From a virus (lineage: Duplodnaviria > Caudoviricetes), in the IMG/VR virus record IMGVR_UViG_3300025270_000068, positions 1 to 25,796 of that record: a stretch of 25,796 nucleotides of DNA, one strand, 5' to 3'. Numbering within the stretch: the stretch's first letter is position 1; the number at the start of each line of letters is the position of its first letter. This document shows, in pieces, positions 25,474 to 25,796 of the stretch. Position numbers and translations under genes: made by a program. Below the pieces are notes generated by a model. That model had not been told where the DNA came from and searched no databases. It saw nothing but the letters and a program-made list of their open reading frames with translations.

Positions 25474-25729
25474 CACGCCCCTCCTGTCCAGGCCAGGTCA
25501 CCGTCACCCGACACCCGCACGCCTCCATATACCGCACAAACCACCGCAACGTACTCGTCCCGCCCCGACCCCGGCGACGATACAAATACTGCGACACCCC
25601 ACCCGCCGAAATCCCCATCCGCTCCGCCACCTCCCGCACCGTCAACCCCGATAACAACCGCGCCTCCTGCAATAACGCCGCAAACGCCCGATCCTCCCCG
25701 CTCTCCACCACCCCTACCTCTCGGTCCAT
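25064..25729 (-). CDS. XRE-family HTH regulator with a long run-on C-terminal tail
   Basis: LLQEARLLSGLTVREVAERMGISAGGVSQY...STLRWFVRYMEACGCRVTV. Likely start ATG 25729 (alternative 25765). Confidence 0.8.
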   Translation of the reverse strand: MDREVGVVESGEDRAFAALLQEARLLSGLTVREVAERMGISAGGVSQYLYRRRGRGGTSTLRWFVRYMEACGCRVTVTWPGQEGRDGRRGRAAFGGRGGSRVRGDAAIGRAGGGRGAVFLGDHGGRGGLAGVRGAVAASDGGGAGDSAVDGGRTVAPAHRRSPMGPRVDEALQRVGLRPVDDQLRGGRGTGQDEGGYVSAGDGGESGRDGRAGKPLSEILS

Positions 25730-25796
25730 ACCCCCTAGCCTACCATACACACTTTCTATACGCATCCAGGCCGCGCTTTGTAAGAGGGATTGCCCC

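Larger units (their letters stand above)
1..25796 (-). mobile_element. Tailed phage/prophage morphogenesis operon, podovirus-like (P22-type order)
   Basis: Co-oriented terminase-portal-scaffold-capsid-adaptor-fibre-nozzle-ejection genes with many TAATG/ATGA overlaps. No tape measure, sheath, prohead protease or host genes seen. Confidence 0.95.

Noticed and set aside
1-25796. Host assignment and prophage vs free-phage status
   Set aside because: No host genes, att sites or integrase are in the window, so neither can be decided from this sequence.

Overview
The whole window is one tightly packed minus-strand virion morphogenesis operon of a GC-rich (about 60%) tailed phage or prophage with P22/podovirus-like gene order. 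From right to left it runs: XRE-type HTH gene, putative small terminase, large terminase, three small ORFs, portal, two small accessory genes, scaffold, HK97-fold major capsid, probable decoration protein, head-tail adaptor, tail fibre, holin-like gene, DUF4214-like + GH-A-like glycosidase, tail stabilisation/nozzle protein, needle/knob-like protein, GNAT protein, and a block of DNA-ejection-type proteins. The last of these (1718 to <1) runs off the window and is missing from the ORF track. No host genes, tRNA, rRNA, CRISPR array, integrase or reverse transcriptase are visible. Most notable: (i) a 152-aa accessory gene flanked by an exact 16-bp RBS/stop/start direct repeat; (ii) a shared M-x-(K/Q)-R-R start on five otherwise unrelated genes, possibly a capsid-loading tag; (iii) a DUF4214-like/GH-A glycosidase in the endolysin position; (iv) a promoter/operator and structured leaders ahead of the scaffold and capsid genes; (v) a Cys-for-Asp Walker B in the terminase. 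All product calls come from motifs read by eye and from synteny, not from database searches.
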